From positions 8,928 through 72,927 of the IMG/VR virus record IMGVR_UViG_3300031994_000079: DNA of 64,000 nucleotides; one strand, written 5' to 3'. A model generated the notes under the pieces. The model saw only the letters and a program-made list of their open reading frames with translations, ran no database searches and had not been told where the DNA came from. A program made the position numbers and the translations under genes. Of the stretch, positions 37,359 to 46,522 are shown piece after piece (position 1 is the first letter of the stretch; every line of letters begins with the position of its first letter). Source of the DNA: a virus. Lineage: Duplodnaviria; Caudoviricetes.

Positions 37359-39047
37359 ATGATGGTAAATATACGTATTGCAAAATCGACACGTTGTAAT
37401 GGTGATTGTTCCCTTTATATCACATTCAATTTTAAACGTGAATTAGTAGATACTATAAAATCACTTTGCACAGAGCGGTTTTACAATAAAGACAAAAAAG
37501 AATGGGAGGTCCCACAAGACAAACTTGGCATACTGAAAATTGAATTGGCAAAATATGATAACTTACATATCATAGAAGAATATGTGCCAGAAGTTAAAGA
37601 GCATGTTGATTTACCGCAAAGTTTTCAGTTTAAGACAAAGCCTTATGAATATCAATCAATTGGTATTGATTATGGTCTTAATAATGACAAATGGCTACTC
37701 GGTGATGAACAAGGTTTAGGTAAGACCAAACAAGTTATAGACATAGCTGTAGCAAGAAAGCAGTTATACGGCTATGAGTATTGTCTTATAATTTGTGGCG
37801 TAAATTCATTAAAGTGGAATTGGGTTAATGAAATTCACACTCATTCAAATGAGCAAGCGTTCATATTAGGCCAGAGAATTAAAAAGAATAAGATAGTTGT
37901 AGAAGGTAATCAAGCTAAATTGCAAGATATACTTAAAATGCACGAGAATAGCTTAAATTCGTATTTTATCATTACTAATATAGAAACTATGCGTAATGAA
38001 GAAATAGTCGCTAATTTAAGCGTTCTGTGTAAGCAGAAGCGTATCTCTATGATAGCAGTTGACGAGATACATAAAAATAAGAACCCATCAAGTCAGCAGA
38101 GTAAAGGTCTTGCTAAATTACATACAGATTGTGAGATAGCTATGACAGGTACACCGCTTATGAACACACCGCTTGATTTATTCTTTATTCTTAAATGGCT
38201 TGGTTATGAAAAACATTCGTTCTATCAATTCAGAAATCATTATTGCTTAATGGGTGGATTTGGTGGATATGAAGTTGTAGGTTATAAAAATCTTAGTGAA
38301 TTACAGGAAAGACTTGATAATATAATGCTTAGGCGAAGAAAAGAAGATGTGCTTGATTTACCTGAGAAAACATATGTTGACGAATATGTTGATATGACAC
38401 CTAAGCAGAAACTTATTTATGATGAAGTTACGGCAAGTATTAAGATGAATATAGACCAAATATCTATTGCGCCTAATCCTCTTGCAGAACTTATACGAAT
38501 GAGACAAGCGACAGGATATCCTGGCATACTTTCAAGTAGTATAACTGAGAGTGCAAAGTTGGATAGAATGGAAGAGATTGTAGAAGATGCAATTTCTAAT
38601 GACCGTAAAGTTGTTATCTTTTCTAATTGGACACAAATGACTGATGCTATTTGTGAAAGAGTAAAAGAAAAGTATCCATTTGTTGTTATCACTGGTGAAA
38701 CAAAAGATGAATTAAGACTTGCGAATGTAAAAGCATTTCAAGAAGGAGGAGCAAAAGTTATTATAGGAACTATCGGAGCAATGGGTACAGGTCTTACACT
38801 TCATGCTGGTACAGTTGAAATTTTCATGGATGAACCATGGAATCGTGCTAACAAAGAACAGGCAGAAGATAGATGCCATCGTATAGGTCAGAAAAATAAT
38901 GTAACAGTTCATACCATCATGTGTAAGAATACAATAGATGAGAGAATACATGAGCTGGTATATAGAAAAGGTGAATTGTCAGATGCTATTGTAGATGGTG
39001 TGGTTAAGCAAAATCGAATGGAAGTTCTTGAATATTTATTAAGTTAG
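37359..39047 (+). CDS. SNF2-family helicase with HARP-like N-terminal domain
   Basis: GDEQGLGKT, DEIH, TGTPLMN, GTGLTL, QAEDRCHRIGQ. Confidence 0.92.
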   Translation: MMVNIRIAKSTRCNGDCSLYITFNFKRELVDTIKSLCTERFYNKDKKEWEVPQDKLGILKIELAKYDNLHIIEEYVPEVKEHVDLPQSFQFKTKPYEYQSIGIDYGLNNDKWLLGDEQGLGKTKQVIDIAVARKQLYGYEYCLIICGVNSLKWNWVNEIHTHSNEQAFILGQRIKKNKIVVEGNQAKLQDILKMHENSLNSYFIITNIETMRNEEIVANLSVLCKQKRISMIAVDEIHKNKNPSSQQSKGLAKLHTDCEIAMTGTPLMNTPLDLFFILKWLGYEKHSFYQFRNHYCLMGGFGGYEVVGYKNLSELQERLDNIMLRRRKEDVLDLPEKTYVDEYVDMTPKQKLIYDEVTASIKMNIDQISIAPNPLAELIRMRQATGYPGILSSSITESAKLDRMEEIVEDAISNDRKVVIFSNWTQMTDAICERVKEKYPFVVITGETKDELRLANVKAFQEGGAKVIIGTIGAMGTGLTLHAGTVEIFMDEPWNRANKEQAEDRCHRIGQKNNVTVHTIMCKNTIDERIHELVYRKGELSDAIVDGVVKQNRMEVLEYLLS

Positions 39048-39058
39048 GAGGTGAGAAA

Positions 39059-39322
39059 ATGGGAGAAAGATTGTTAAAGATTGAAGAGGTAGCTTTGATG
39101 ATAGGTGTATCTGTACAGACTATCAATATTTGGTATAAGTGGGCAAGAAGTAATCCCGATAATGATTATGCCAAATTGCTACCTTCATATAAACAGATGG
39201 GTTCAAGACAGACAAGATATTGGACACAATCTGATATATGGAAACTTATCGAGTTTAACAAAGCAATACCACGTGGCAGAAATGGTGTCATGGGTGATAT
39301 AACACAAAGGAGGATTAAGTAA
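39059..39322 (+). CDS. MerR/Xis-like HTH DNA-binding protein
   Basis: LLKIEEVALMIGVSVQTINIWY...RYWTQSDI. Confidence 0.75.
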   Translation: MGERLLKIEEVALMIGVSVQTINIWYKWARSNPDNDYAKLLPSYKQMGSRQTRYWTQSDIWKLIEFNKAIPRGRNGVMGDITQRRIK

Positions 39323-39729
39323 TGGAGTTAACAGGATTCAAAGATTTATCAGAAAGCATTGAAAAGTATGGTATCAATAAAGCTGAAATGGATAGCTATA
39401 AGAAAATTTGTGATGCCGAAAACAAGAAGATTAAGTCTATAATGGGTGAAGCTAAGTTAAAGACTTATGATTCGGAAAGCTATACAGCTAAAATAACAGA
39501 GGTTGATAAAAGCTATATTGATGAAACTAAGTTGATAGGTGTTATTCACTCTAATAATATTCCCGATAGCCTTGGCATTATTAAGACGAGAGAGTATATA
39601 GATGAGGATGCTTTAGAATCAGCTATATATAACGGTCTCATTTCAGAAGAAGTATTACAGGAAATTACAAATTGTAAGATACCTAAGACTGAGATTAGAC
39701 TTAATATTACTAAGAAGAAAGGAGAATAA
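39322..39729 (+). CDS. hypothetical protein
   Basis: 135 aa, coupled start/stop. Confidence 0.7.
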   Translation: MELTGFKDLSESIEKYGINKAEMDSYKKICDAENKKIKSIMGEAKLKTYDSESYTAKITEVDKSYIDETKLIGVIHSNNIPDSLGIIKTREYIDEDALESAIYNGLISEEVLQEITNCKIPKTEIRLNITKKKGE

Positions 39730-39730
39730 G

Positions 39731-39862
39731 ATGATAACTATACCAATAATTCTTTTCGCTTGTGTTTGTGGAGCAATAGGGTTTGTAACTGGTATAATAG
39801 CTATGTTTGTTATAGCCACTATATTATCTAAAAGAGAAAAAGACCATGAGTTGCCAATGTAA
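39731..39862 (+). CDS. small single-TM protein (43 aa)
   Basis: AAAGGAG RBS; hydrophobic stretch. Confidence 0.5.
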   Translation: MITIPIILFACVCGAIGFVTGIIAMFVIATILSKREKDHELPM

Positions 39863-40097
39863 TGATTGTACTCAATGTCCTTATGATTATTGCATTGATG
39901 AAAATAAGGATAATTATAATTCTGATAAAGTAAAACTTAGGGAATATAATAATCATTATTATCATACCCATAAAGAAATTATATGCAGTCATGAGAGGGC
40001 AAGATACTATTATAAAAAAGAGCATGGTATATGTGTTAAATGTAGTAGACCTGCAACAATTGGATATTATTGTGAGAAACATATAAGGAGGAAATAA
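39846..40097 (+). CDS. Cys/His-rich basic protein (zinc finger)
   Basis: CxCxxCxxC and CxxC...C..H motifs. Confidence 0.55.
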   Translation: MSCQCNDCTQCPYDYCIDENKDNYNSDKVKLREYNNHYYHTHKEIICSHERARYYYKKEHGICVKCSRPATIGYYCEKHIRRK

Positions 40098-40099
40098 GT

Positions 40100-40315
40100 A
40101 TGTACAAAAGCAAGGCAAAGACAACAAAAATTTCAGCGACAAGTAGGGCGGCAGTAAAGATTAGGGACAACTACTATACCATTGAAGCTACAGAAGAAAG
40201 AAGCATACCTGATGTAGAAGATGTAGAAGTAGATACAGAATGGTCAATGTTGTGGGATTCTGTAAATGCTATAGTAGATGGTCAGATAGAACAGATTGTA
40301 AAAACTTTCAAGTAA
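40100..40315 (+). CDS. hypothetical protein
   Basis: AAGGAGG RBS, 71 aa. Confidence 0.7.
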   Translation: MYKSKAKTTKISATSRAAVKIRDNYYTIEATEERSIPDVEDVEVDTEWSMLWDSVNAIVDGQIEQIVKTFK

Positions 40316-40395
40316 CCTCTTTACTTATGCTTTATGTTATAGTATTATAATTATGTTCAGAGTTGAGTAGAGATGTTCAACCCCACCAATAAAGT

Positions 40396-40492
40396 CAGCG
40401 AGTTATGACGGAACTCACTGGTTGAGAACTAAATAATTTGCTGACAGTAAAAGCTAACGTATTTGTGCCGTCATCACAGTACGTTAGCTTTT
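40396..40492 (+). ncRNA. structured 5' leader with complementary 7-nt loops (upstream of initiator)
   Basis: Loop ATGACGG (40405-11) complementary to loop CCGTCAT (40468-74) of a 13-bp terminator-like stem. Confidence 0.65.
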
Positions 40493-40508
40493 ATCTTTCT
40501 AAAGGAGT

Positions 40509-41384
40509 ATGGATATGTTAGGTATTTCTAAAATGCTATCAACTGATGGTTTTATAATGGTTAACAAACATCTTATTAAGATATTAGGGTTACATGAAGC
40601 TGTTATATTAGGAGAATTATGTAGAGAGTTTGAATATTGGTCAGAAAATGGTAATTTAATTGAAGGCTCTTTTTATTCAACAAGAGAAAATATAGAGGAA
40701 AATACTGGTCTATCAGAACATTTACAGAGAAAAGCTATGGATACATTGATACAATATAATATATTATCTGTAGTTAAAAGAGGTATGCCCGCTGTAAATT
40801 ATTATAAAATTGATTTTGAGGAGTTATTGCAGTTGTTCACGCCTTTAACGTCTTGTTGTCAAAGGCGTGAAGCACAAGACGTTAAAGGCGTGAACTTAAA
40901 TAATAATAAACAAATAAAAAAGAATAAAGAAAAGAATATATCTAAAGATATATCATGGATGGATTCATATAATATAGAGAAACCCAAAAAAGCTGAAAAG
41001 AAAAATTTGTACCAAAAATGTAGTGAATGTATAGATGAATATACAAATGACCCAATATTAAATAGTTTGTTGCATGATTATCTTACATTAAGATTGCAGA
41101 TAAAAGATAAACCTATATATGGTGTTAATCAGTGGAAAGGATTACTGAATAAGTTAGATAGCTTATGTAAAGAGAGAGATATACCAGAAGAAATAGTACG
41201 TTATAGTATAGAAAGAGGTTATGCAAGTTTCTTTTTACCTAACAATAATTATAATAATAGGAATATAAAAGCTAATTCATCAGAAAGTGGTGTAACCTCA
41301 GAACATGAGACAGAAGCAGAATACAACAAACGTATGGAATTAGCAAAAAGACGGGAAGAAGCTGGTGAACAATCTGTATTTTAG
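40509..41384 (+). CDS. replication initiator (N-terminal winged HTH, replisome organiser-like)
   Basis: FIMVNKHLIKILGLHEAVILGEL...TGLSEHLQRKAMDTL...RGMPAVNYY; upstream of DnaC. Confidence 0.8.
   Translation: MDMLGISKMLSTDGFIMVNKHLIKILGLHEAVILGELCREFEYWSENGNLIEGSFYSTRENIEENTGLSEHLQRKAMDTLIQYNILSVVKRGMPAVNYYKIDFEELLQLFTPLTSCCQRREAQDVKGVNLNNNKQIKKNKEKNISKDISWMDSYNIEKPKKAEKKNLYQKCSECIDEYTNDPILNSLLHDYLTLRLQIKDKPIYGVNQWKGLLNKLDSLCKERDIPEEIVRYSIERGYASFFLPNNNYNNRNIKANSSESGVTSEHETEAEYNKRMELAKRREEAGEQSVF
40835..40960. repeat. putative replication origin: 22-bp perfect inverted repeat plus AT-rich tract
   Basis: GTTCACGCCTTTAACGTCTTGT (40835-56) / ACAAGACGTTAAAGGCGTGAAC (40874-95); extra AAAGGCGTGA in the spacer. 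Confidence 0.7.
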
Positions 41385-41393
41385 GAGGTATGT

Positions 41394-42041
41394 ATGAGAA
41401 TTAAAGAATGTTGGTATGAAAGTGTATGTCAGAACGAATGTTCTAATATATGCTTACGATATAATGAAATGAAATATTTAATGGATAATAGTGGTATAGC
41501 ACCTAAAAAACAAATGCCAGCAAAATTAGTGCCAGATGATTGTGATTTAGAAGCATTTAAACAACTTAATAATATAAAGTTGAATATTGTAGATTTTGTT
41601 AAAGGAGGCAAAAATTTATATATATGGGGTAAGCATACTGGTAATGGTAAAACAAGTTGGGCATTAAAAATAATGCTGAGATATTTTAATGATATATGGG
41701 CGGGAAATGGATTTAGAGTAAGAGGTAAATTTGCTCATGTACCATCATTGTTATTACAGCTTAAAGATTTTAACAACCCGTTGTCTGACGAGTATAAAAA
41801 TGATATTCTGAATTGCGACTTGATTATATTAGATGATATAGCGAGTACAGGCATTTCACAATACGATTTAATCCAGCTCATGTTATATATAGAACATAGG
41901 ATATTATATGAAAAGTCAATTATACTTACAGGTAATATAGCACCAGAAGAATTACAATCAGTTTTGGGCGAAAGATTAGCAAGTAGGATACGAGCCAAAA
42001 ATACAATAAAAATAGAATTGAAAGGAGCAGATAAAAGATGA
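41394..42041 (+). CDS. dnaC: DnaC/IstB-like helicase loader ATPase
   Basis: GKHTGNGKT Walker A, LIILDDI Walker B, LGERLASRI. Confidence 0.85.
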   Translation: MRIKECWYESVCQNECSNICLRYNEMKYLMDNSGIAPKKQMPAKLVPDDCDLEAFKQLNNIKLNIVDFVKGGKNLYIWGKHTGNGKTSWALKIMLRYFNDIWAGNGFRVRGKFAHVPSLLLQLKDFNNPLSDEYKNDILNCDLIILDDIASTGISQYDLIQLMLYIEHRILYEKSIILTGNIAPEELQSVLGERLASRIRAKNTIKIELKGADKR

Positions 42042-43345
42042 TAAGTATTTGTATCCAAGCTCTTTCAAAAGTCTTGTTAAGCCAAGATGATAGTTTTTTA
42101 CTGAATAATAATATCACAAAAGAGTATTTTGTAGGATATGAGAATGAGATAGAGTTTATAGATAATCATAAAAAAGAGTATGGTAATATACCAGACAAAC
42201 TTACGTTCTTATCACAGTTTCCAGATTTTGAAGTTGTAGAAGTACAAGAATCTGACCAATATCTTATAGATACATTAAGAGAGGAATATTTATATTATAA
42301 ATCTATACCAGTTGTTCAAAAGATAGCCGATTTATTAAAGACTGATGCTAATATGGCTGCCGAATATATGTTGCAAGCAGTTAAGACATTACAGCCGGAT
42401 TATAGATTGAAAGGTGTAAACATTATAGCGGATGCAGAGGATAGATATGAGCAGTTCCTTGAGAGAAAAGAACATCAAGATAGTTGGTTCTTCACAACAG
42501 GCTTTCAAGAGCTTGATGATATAATACATGGTTTACAGAGAGGTGAAGAGCTTGTAGTTATTTTTGCAAGAGTTAATCAAGGTAAATCTTGGATATTAGA
42601 AAAGATGTGTACTCATATATGGCATTTAGGATTTAATGTTGGTTATGTATCACCAGAAATGAGTGCTGTTAGTTTAGGCTATAGATTTGATACACTTTTT
42701 AAGAATTTTAGCAACAGTGGTCTTATGTGGGGTAAAAGTAGTATTGATGAAGAAGAATATAAGGCATATATAGATGAGCTTAAACAGGGAGAACATAAGT
42801 TCATAGTATCTACACCCATTGATTTTCAAAGAAAAATAACAGTAACAAAATTAAAGAATTGGGTCACGCAATTCAATCTTGATATGATAGCTATAGATGG
42901 TATAACATATCTTACAGATGAGCGTTATCAGAGAGGTGATAATAAGACAACTACACTTACAAATATAAGTGAGGATTTAATGTCGCTGTCAATAGAATTG
43001 AAGATACCTATACTTGTAGTAGTGCAAGCTAATAGAAGTGGTGTTATAGATAAAGATACAAACGGTACACCTGAGCTTGAAAATATAAGAGATAGTGATG
43101 GTATAGCACATAACGCAAGTAAAGTATTAGCTTTAAGACAGAAGGACCATGTAGTTGAGCTTGGTATAAAGAAGCAGAGATTTGGTCCTGTAGGTGGTAA
43201 AGTATCATATCAATGGGATATAGATACTGGTATATTTGATTATGTGCCATCAGATGATGATGCGACAGAAGAAGCACCTAAAGAGAGCAAAATAATAGAT
43301 GCAAAGGACAAATTTAAAAAAGCAGATAATTCAGATGTATTCTAA
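42038..43345 (+). CDS. dnaB: replicative helicase, DnaB family
   Basis: ARVNQGKS, SPEM, IAIDGITYL, VVQANR, IRDSDGI, KQRFG. Confidence 0.92.
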   Translation: MISICIQALSKVLLSQDDSFLLNNNITKEYFVGYENEIEFIDNHKKEYGNIPDKLTFLSQFPDFEVVEVQESDQYLIDTLREEYLYYKSIPVVQKIADLLKTDANMAAEYMLQAVKTLQPDYRLKGVNIIADAEDRYEQFLERKEHQDSWFFTTGFQELDDIIHGLQRGEELVVIFARVNQGKSWILEKMCTHIWHLGFNVGYVSPEMSAVSLGYRFDTLFKNFSNSGLMWGKSSIDEEEYKAYIDELKQGEHKFIVSTPIDFQRKITVTKLKNWVTQFNLDMIAIDGITYLTDERYQRGDNKTTTLTNISEDLMSLSIELKIPILVVVQANRSGVIDKDTNGTPELENIRDSDGIAHNASKVLALRQKDHVVELGIKKQRFGPVGGKVSYQWDIDTGIFDYVPSDDDATEEAPKESKIIDAKDKFKKADNSDVF

Positions 43346-43354
43346 GGAGAACTT

Positions 43355-44329
43355 ATGTATATAAATAATGTACTATTTAATTGTGAGCTTTCAGATATAA
43401 TATCAGAAGCAAGAAGTCAGTTGGCTATGAATGGAATAGATATAGGTAAAACTCGTGATGCGCCTAAAGATATAATGGTATGCTGTCCGTTTCATGGTGA
43501 ACGTAGACCAAGTGCTGGTATAAGAAAAGACGATGGTCAATTTAATTGCTTTGCTTGTCATGAAAGCCATAGTTTAGCTAAAGTAATATCACAGTGGTTT
43601 GGTAAGACAGATGATGTAATAGGCGCATTTGGTTGGCAATGGTTATTAAAGAATTTTGCAACAATGCAAGTAGAGGAGAGAAAAGATGTTAAATTGGATT
43701 TTAGTCGTAATAGGGGTATACGTAATGACGATAGGGTTGATAGTATCAATAGCGAGGATAATAGATATATTTCAGAACAGGAGTTAGATAGCTACCGATA
43801 TACACATCCATATTGGACAAAACGTGGAATAATTGAAGATTGGTTAATAGATTTGTTTGATTTAGGATATTCACCAAAAGAACGTATGATAACATTTCCA
43901 AATTTAGATAAATATGGTAATTGTTTATTTGTTGCAAAAAGAAGTATTGATAAAAAATTCTTTAATTATCCTAATAATGCAAACAAACACGTTTACGGTA
44001 TATATCAATTATATCAGTTGCAACAATTTCCAAAAGAAGTTTATATAACGGAGAGTATGATTGATTGTTTATTATTATGGCAATATGGTAAGTATGCTTG
44101 TGCTTTAAATGGTCTTGGTAATAATATACAGTTTAAAGAATTATCAGAAATGCCATGTAGAAAATTTATTCTTGCTACTGATTCTGATAATGCTGGTATG
44201 AAAGCGAGAGAACGTATTAAGCAAAATGTAAGAGGAAAAATGTTCACAGAAGTTATATTACCTGCTATGAAAAAAGATATAGGTGAATGTAGTGAGAAGG
44301 AAATAAAAAATCTTGTAGAGGTATTTTAA
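43355..44329 (+). CDS. dnaG: DNA primase (CHC2 zinc finger plus TOPRIM)
   Basis: CPFHGERRPS...CFAC; ITESMID; ATDSD. Confidence 0.92.
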   Translation: MYINNVLFNCELSDIISEARSQLAMNGIDIGKTRDAPKDIMVCCPFHGERRPSAGIRKDDGQFNCFACHESHSLAKVISQWFGKTDDVIGAFGWQWLLKNFATMQVEERKDVKLDFSRNRGIRNDDRVDSINSEDNRYISEQELDSYRYTHPYWTKRGIIEDWLIDLFDLGYSPKERMITFPNLDKYGNCLFVAKRSIDKKFFNYPNNANKHVYGIYQLYQLQQFPKEVYITESMIDCLLLWQYGKYACALNGLGNNIQFKELSEMPCRKFILATDSDNAGMKARERIKQNVRGKMFTEVILPAMKKDIGECSEKEIKNLVEVF

Positions 44330-44425
44330 AATGACGGCATTAAAAATAAACGAGTAAAACCTGAAGATTTACAAAAATATTTAGATTTAGGTTATGTAAA
44401 AGGTAGATTAACACCTTGGCAATAA
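44330..44425 (+). pseudogene. remnant C-terminus of a homing endonuclease
   Basis: No in-frame start; NDGIKNKRVKPEDLQKYLDLGYVKGR resembles the terminal DNA-binding motif of phage HNH/GIY-YIG endonucleases. Confidence 0.5.
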
Positions 44426-44530
44426 AATTTACAAGAAGTGTTTTAACCTATTGCAATCTATATACATTTATGTTATAGTATATTTGTACAGAACAGTACA
44501 CACAAAAGCAGAAAGGAGGCAAAGACAAAA

Positions 44531-45160
44531 GTGAATGAAGAAATCTTCGGACAAAGATATGCAGACAGACGTACACATAGGTCAGGCGTATTATTAGAGT
44601 ACGATAGCAAGTACAAAACATATCTTCTTGAATCCCAAGATGGTAAAACATTCAATATAACATCAGCACAATTCAATAAGAATTGGAAACTTACTGATGA
44701 AGTAGCAGAAGTAGAACCAATAGAAGCTGAACAGGCAGAAGTTGGTGATAAACGCTACAAAGGACCATCAGAAGAACAGAAAGACGAGCTGAATAAGATA
44801 TTGGAAACATTCTTTTTAATCGGCAAAGAGTATGTAGATGAATTTCAAAATGAAATAATCACTATAAAGCCAGAGCCGTATAAGAGAAGATTTTTGATGA
44901 AAGTCAGACATCATACAGTATTTATAATGGATTGTATGTTGAGACGGAGAAATTGCAGAGTATGGTTAAGAGAGTATATAAGCAGTTTAATGTCTTGGAC
45001 AGTTAAGCCAATATCAATTAAGCGTTATCCTGGTACTAATATGAATACAGCAGTAGAGTTTCCGCTTGAAAATCTTAAAGAAGTGTTAGATGATTTAACA
45101 GCAGTTGTAATTCAAGATATGACAGAAATGGAGGAAAAAAGAAATGGGGTGATAAAGTGA
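44531..45160 (+). CDS. hypothetical two-domain protein
   Basis: 209 aa, own promoter (TGTTATAGT near 44471) and AAAGGAGG RBS. Confidence 0.7.
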   Translation: MNEEIFGQRYADRRTHRSGVLLEYDSKYKTYLLESQDGKTFNITSAQFNKNWKLTDEVAEVEPIEAEQAEVGDKRYKGPSEEQKDELNKILETFFLIGKEYVDEFQNEIITIKPEPYKRRFLMKVRHHTVFIMDCMLRRRNCRVWLREYISSLMSWTVKPISIKRYPGTNMNTAVEFPLENLKEVLDDLTAVVIQDMTEMEEKRNGVIK

Positions 45161-45894
45161 GATATGCAGATGGTCAATATAGAGAAAAACTTTATACAGT
45201 ATATATGCATATCACACCAAATAATAAGAGTTATGTAGGTATAACTTGTCAATCACTTGAATGTAGGTGGAATGATGGAGATGGTTATAAACATCAGAGA
45301 TTATTTTGGCGAGCAATTCAAAAGTATGGTTGGGAAAATATAAAGCATATAGAATTGTTTAATGGTTTGTCTTTTGAAGATGCAAGTAATATTGAAAAAG
45401 ATTTAATTAGACAGTTTGAATCTAATAATCCAAAATATGGATATAATTTGACAGATGGTGGTGAAGGTATGTCAGGTTATAAGTTTACAGCAGAGCAGTT
45501 AGCTTGGCGTAGTAAAGTTAGTACTGGTAGAAAACATACACAAGCTACAAAAGATAAATTGTCAAAGATGAAGAAAGGTTCAAAATTAAATCTTACAGAT
45601 GAACAAAGACAGGCTTGTGCTGAAAGAGGTAGAATACAAGGTATAAAGAATAAAGGTCGTAAGCATACAGAAGAAGAATGTAATAAGATAAAAGAAGCAG
45701 TACATAAGCGTTATGCAAACGGCGGTATAGCACCACATTGTAAACCTCATACTGAGGAGACAAAACGTAAGATAAGCGAGAAGCAAAAAGGACGAGTTAT
45801 ATCAGAAGAACACAGAGAAAAATTAAGACAAGCCGCGTTAAAACAGTGGCAAAGACAAAAAGGAGGAATTAAAAATGAGATTCAGTTACAATGA
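45157..45894 (+). mobile_element. free-standing GIY-YIG homing endonuclease with NUMOD3 repeats
   Basis: VYMHITPNNKSYVGIT, GYNLTDGG, repeated HT.ETK.KIS. Confidence 0.85.
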
Positions 45895-46522
45895 GGCAGA
45901 TAATTACGGTAGCAATGGTGGTAGTAGTTTTTTCACATTACGTGATGATGGTGATACAGCAAGAGTACGTATTATGTATGGCAGTATTGATGATGTAGAA
46001 GGTCTTTCAGTACATGAGATAGACCTGAACGATAAGAAAAGGTATGTAAACTGCATCAGAGAATATAATGACCCGATAGATATGTGTCCTCTTTGCAAAG
46101 CAAACTACAAGATACAGGCTAAGTTGTTTGTACCGTTGTATAATGAAGATACAGGCGAAACACTTGTTTGGGAGAGGGGTAAGAAGTTCTTTGGTAAGAT
46201 TTCAGATTTGTGTACAAGATATGATAACCTCGTTTCAAGAGTGTTTGAGATTGTAAGACATGGCAAGCCGAAAGATACAGGTACAACATATGAGATATGG
46301 CCTGTAGGTGATAAAGACAATACAACATTTGAAGATTTGCCTGAACCTGTAGATGTTATGAAAGGTATTGTGCTTGATAAGACAGCAGATGAACTTGACT
46401 ATTATCTGAGGTATCATGAGTTTCCCGATAATGATGCTCCTGCGAGAGAAGAAGCACCGAGACGCAGAGAGCAGTCAGTACCTATGAGAAGAACTCCTGC
46501 GAGAGGAAATGAGGCATTCTAA
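45875..46522 (+). CDS. single-stranded DNA-binding protein (gp32-like)
   Basis: FFTLRDDGD, HE...YVNC...CPLC, WERG; acidic/Pro tail ending in F. Confidence 0.75.
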   Translation: MRFSYNEADNYGSNGGSSFFTLRDDGDTARVRIMYGSIDDVEGLSVHEIDLNDKKRYVNCIREYNDPIDMCPLCKANYKIQAKLFVPLYNEDTGETLVWERGKKFFGKISDLCTRYDNLVSRVFEIVRHGKPKDTGTTYEIWPVGDKDNTTFEDLPEPVDVMKGIVLDKTADELDYYLRYHEFPDNDAPAREEAPRRREQSVPMRRTPARGNEAF

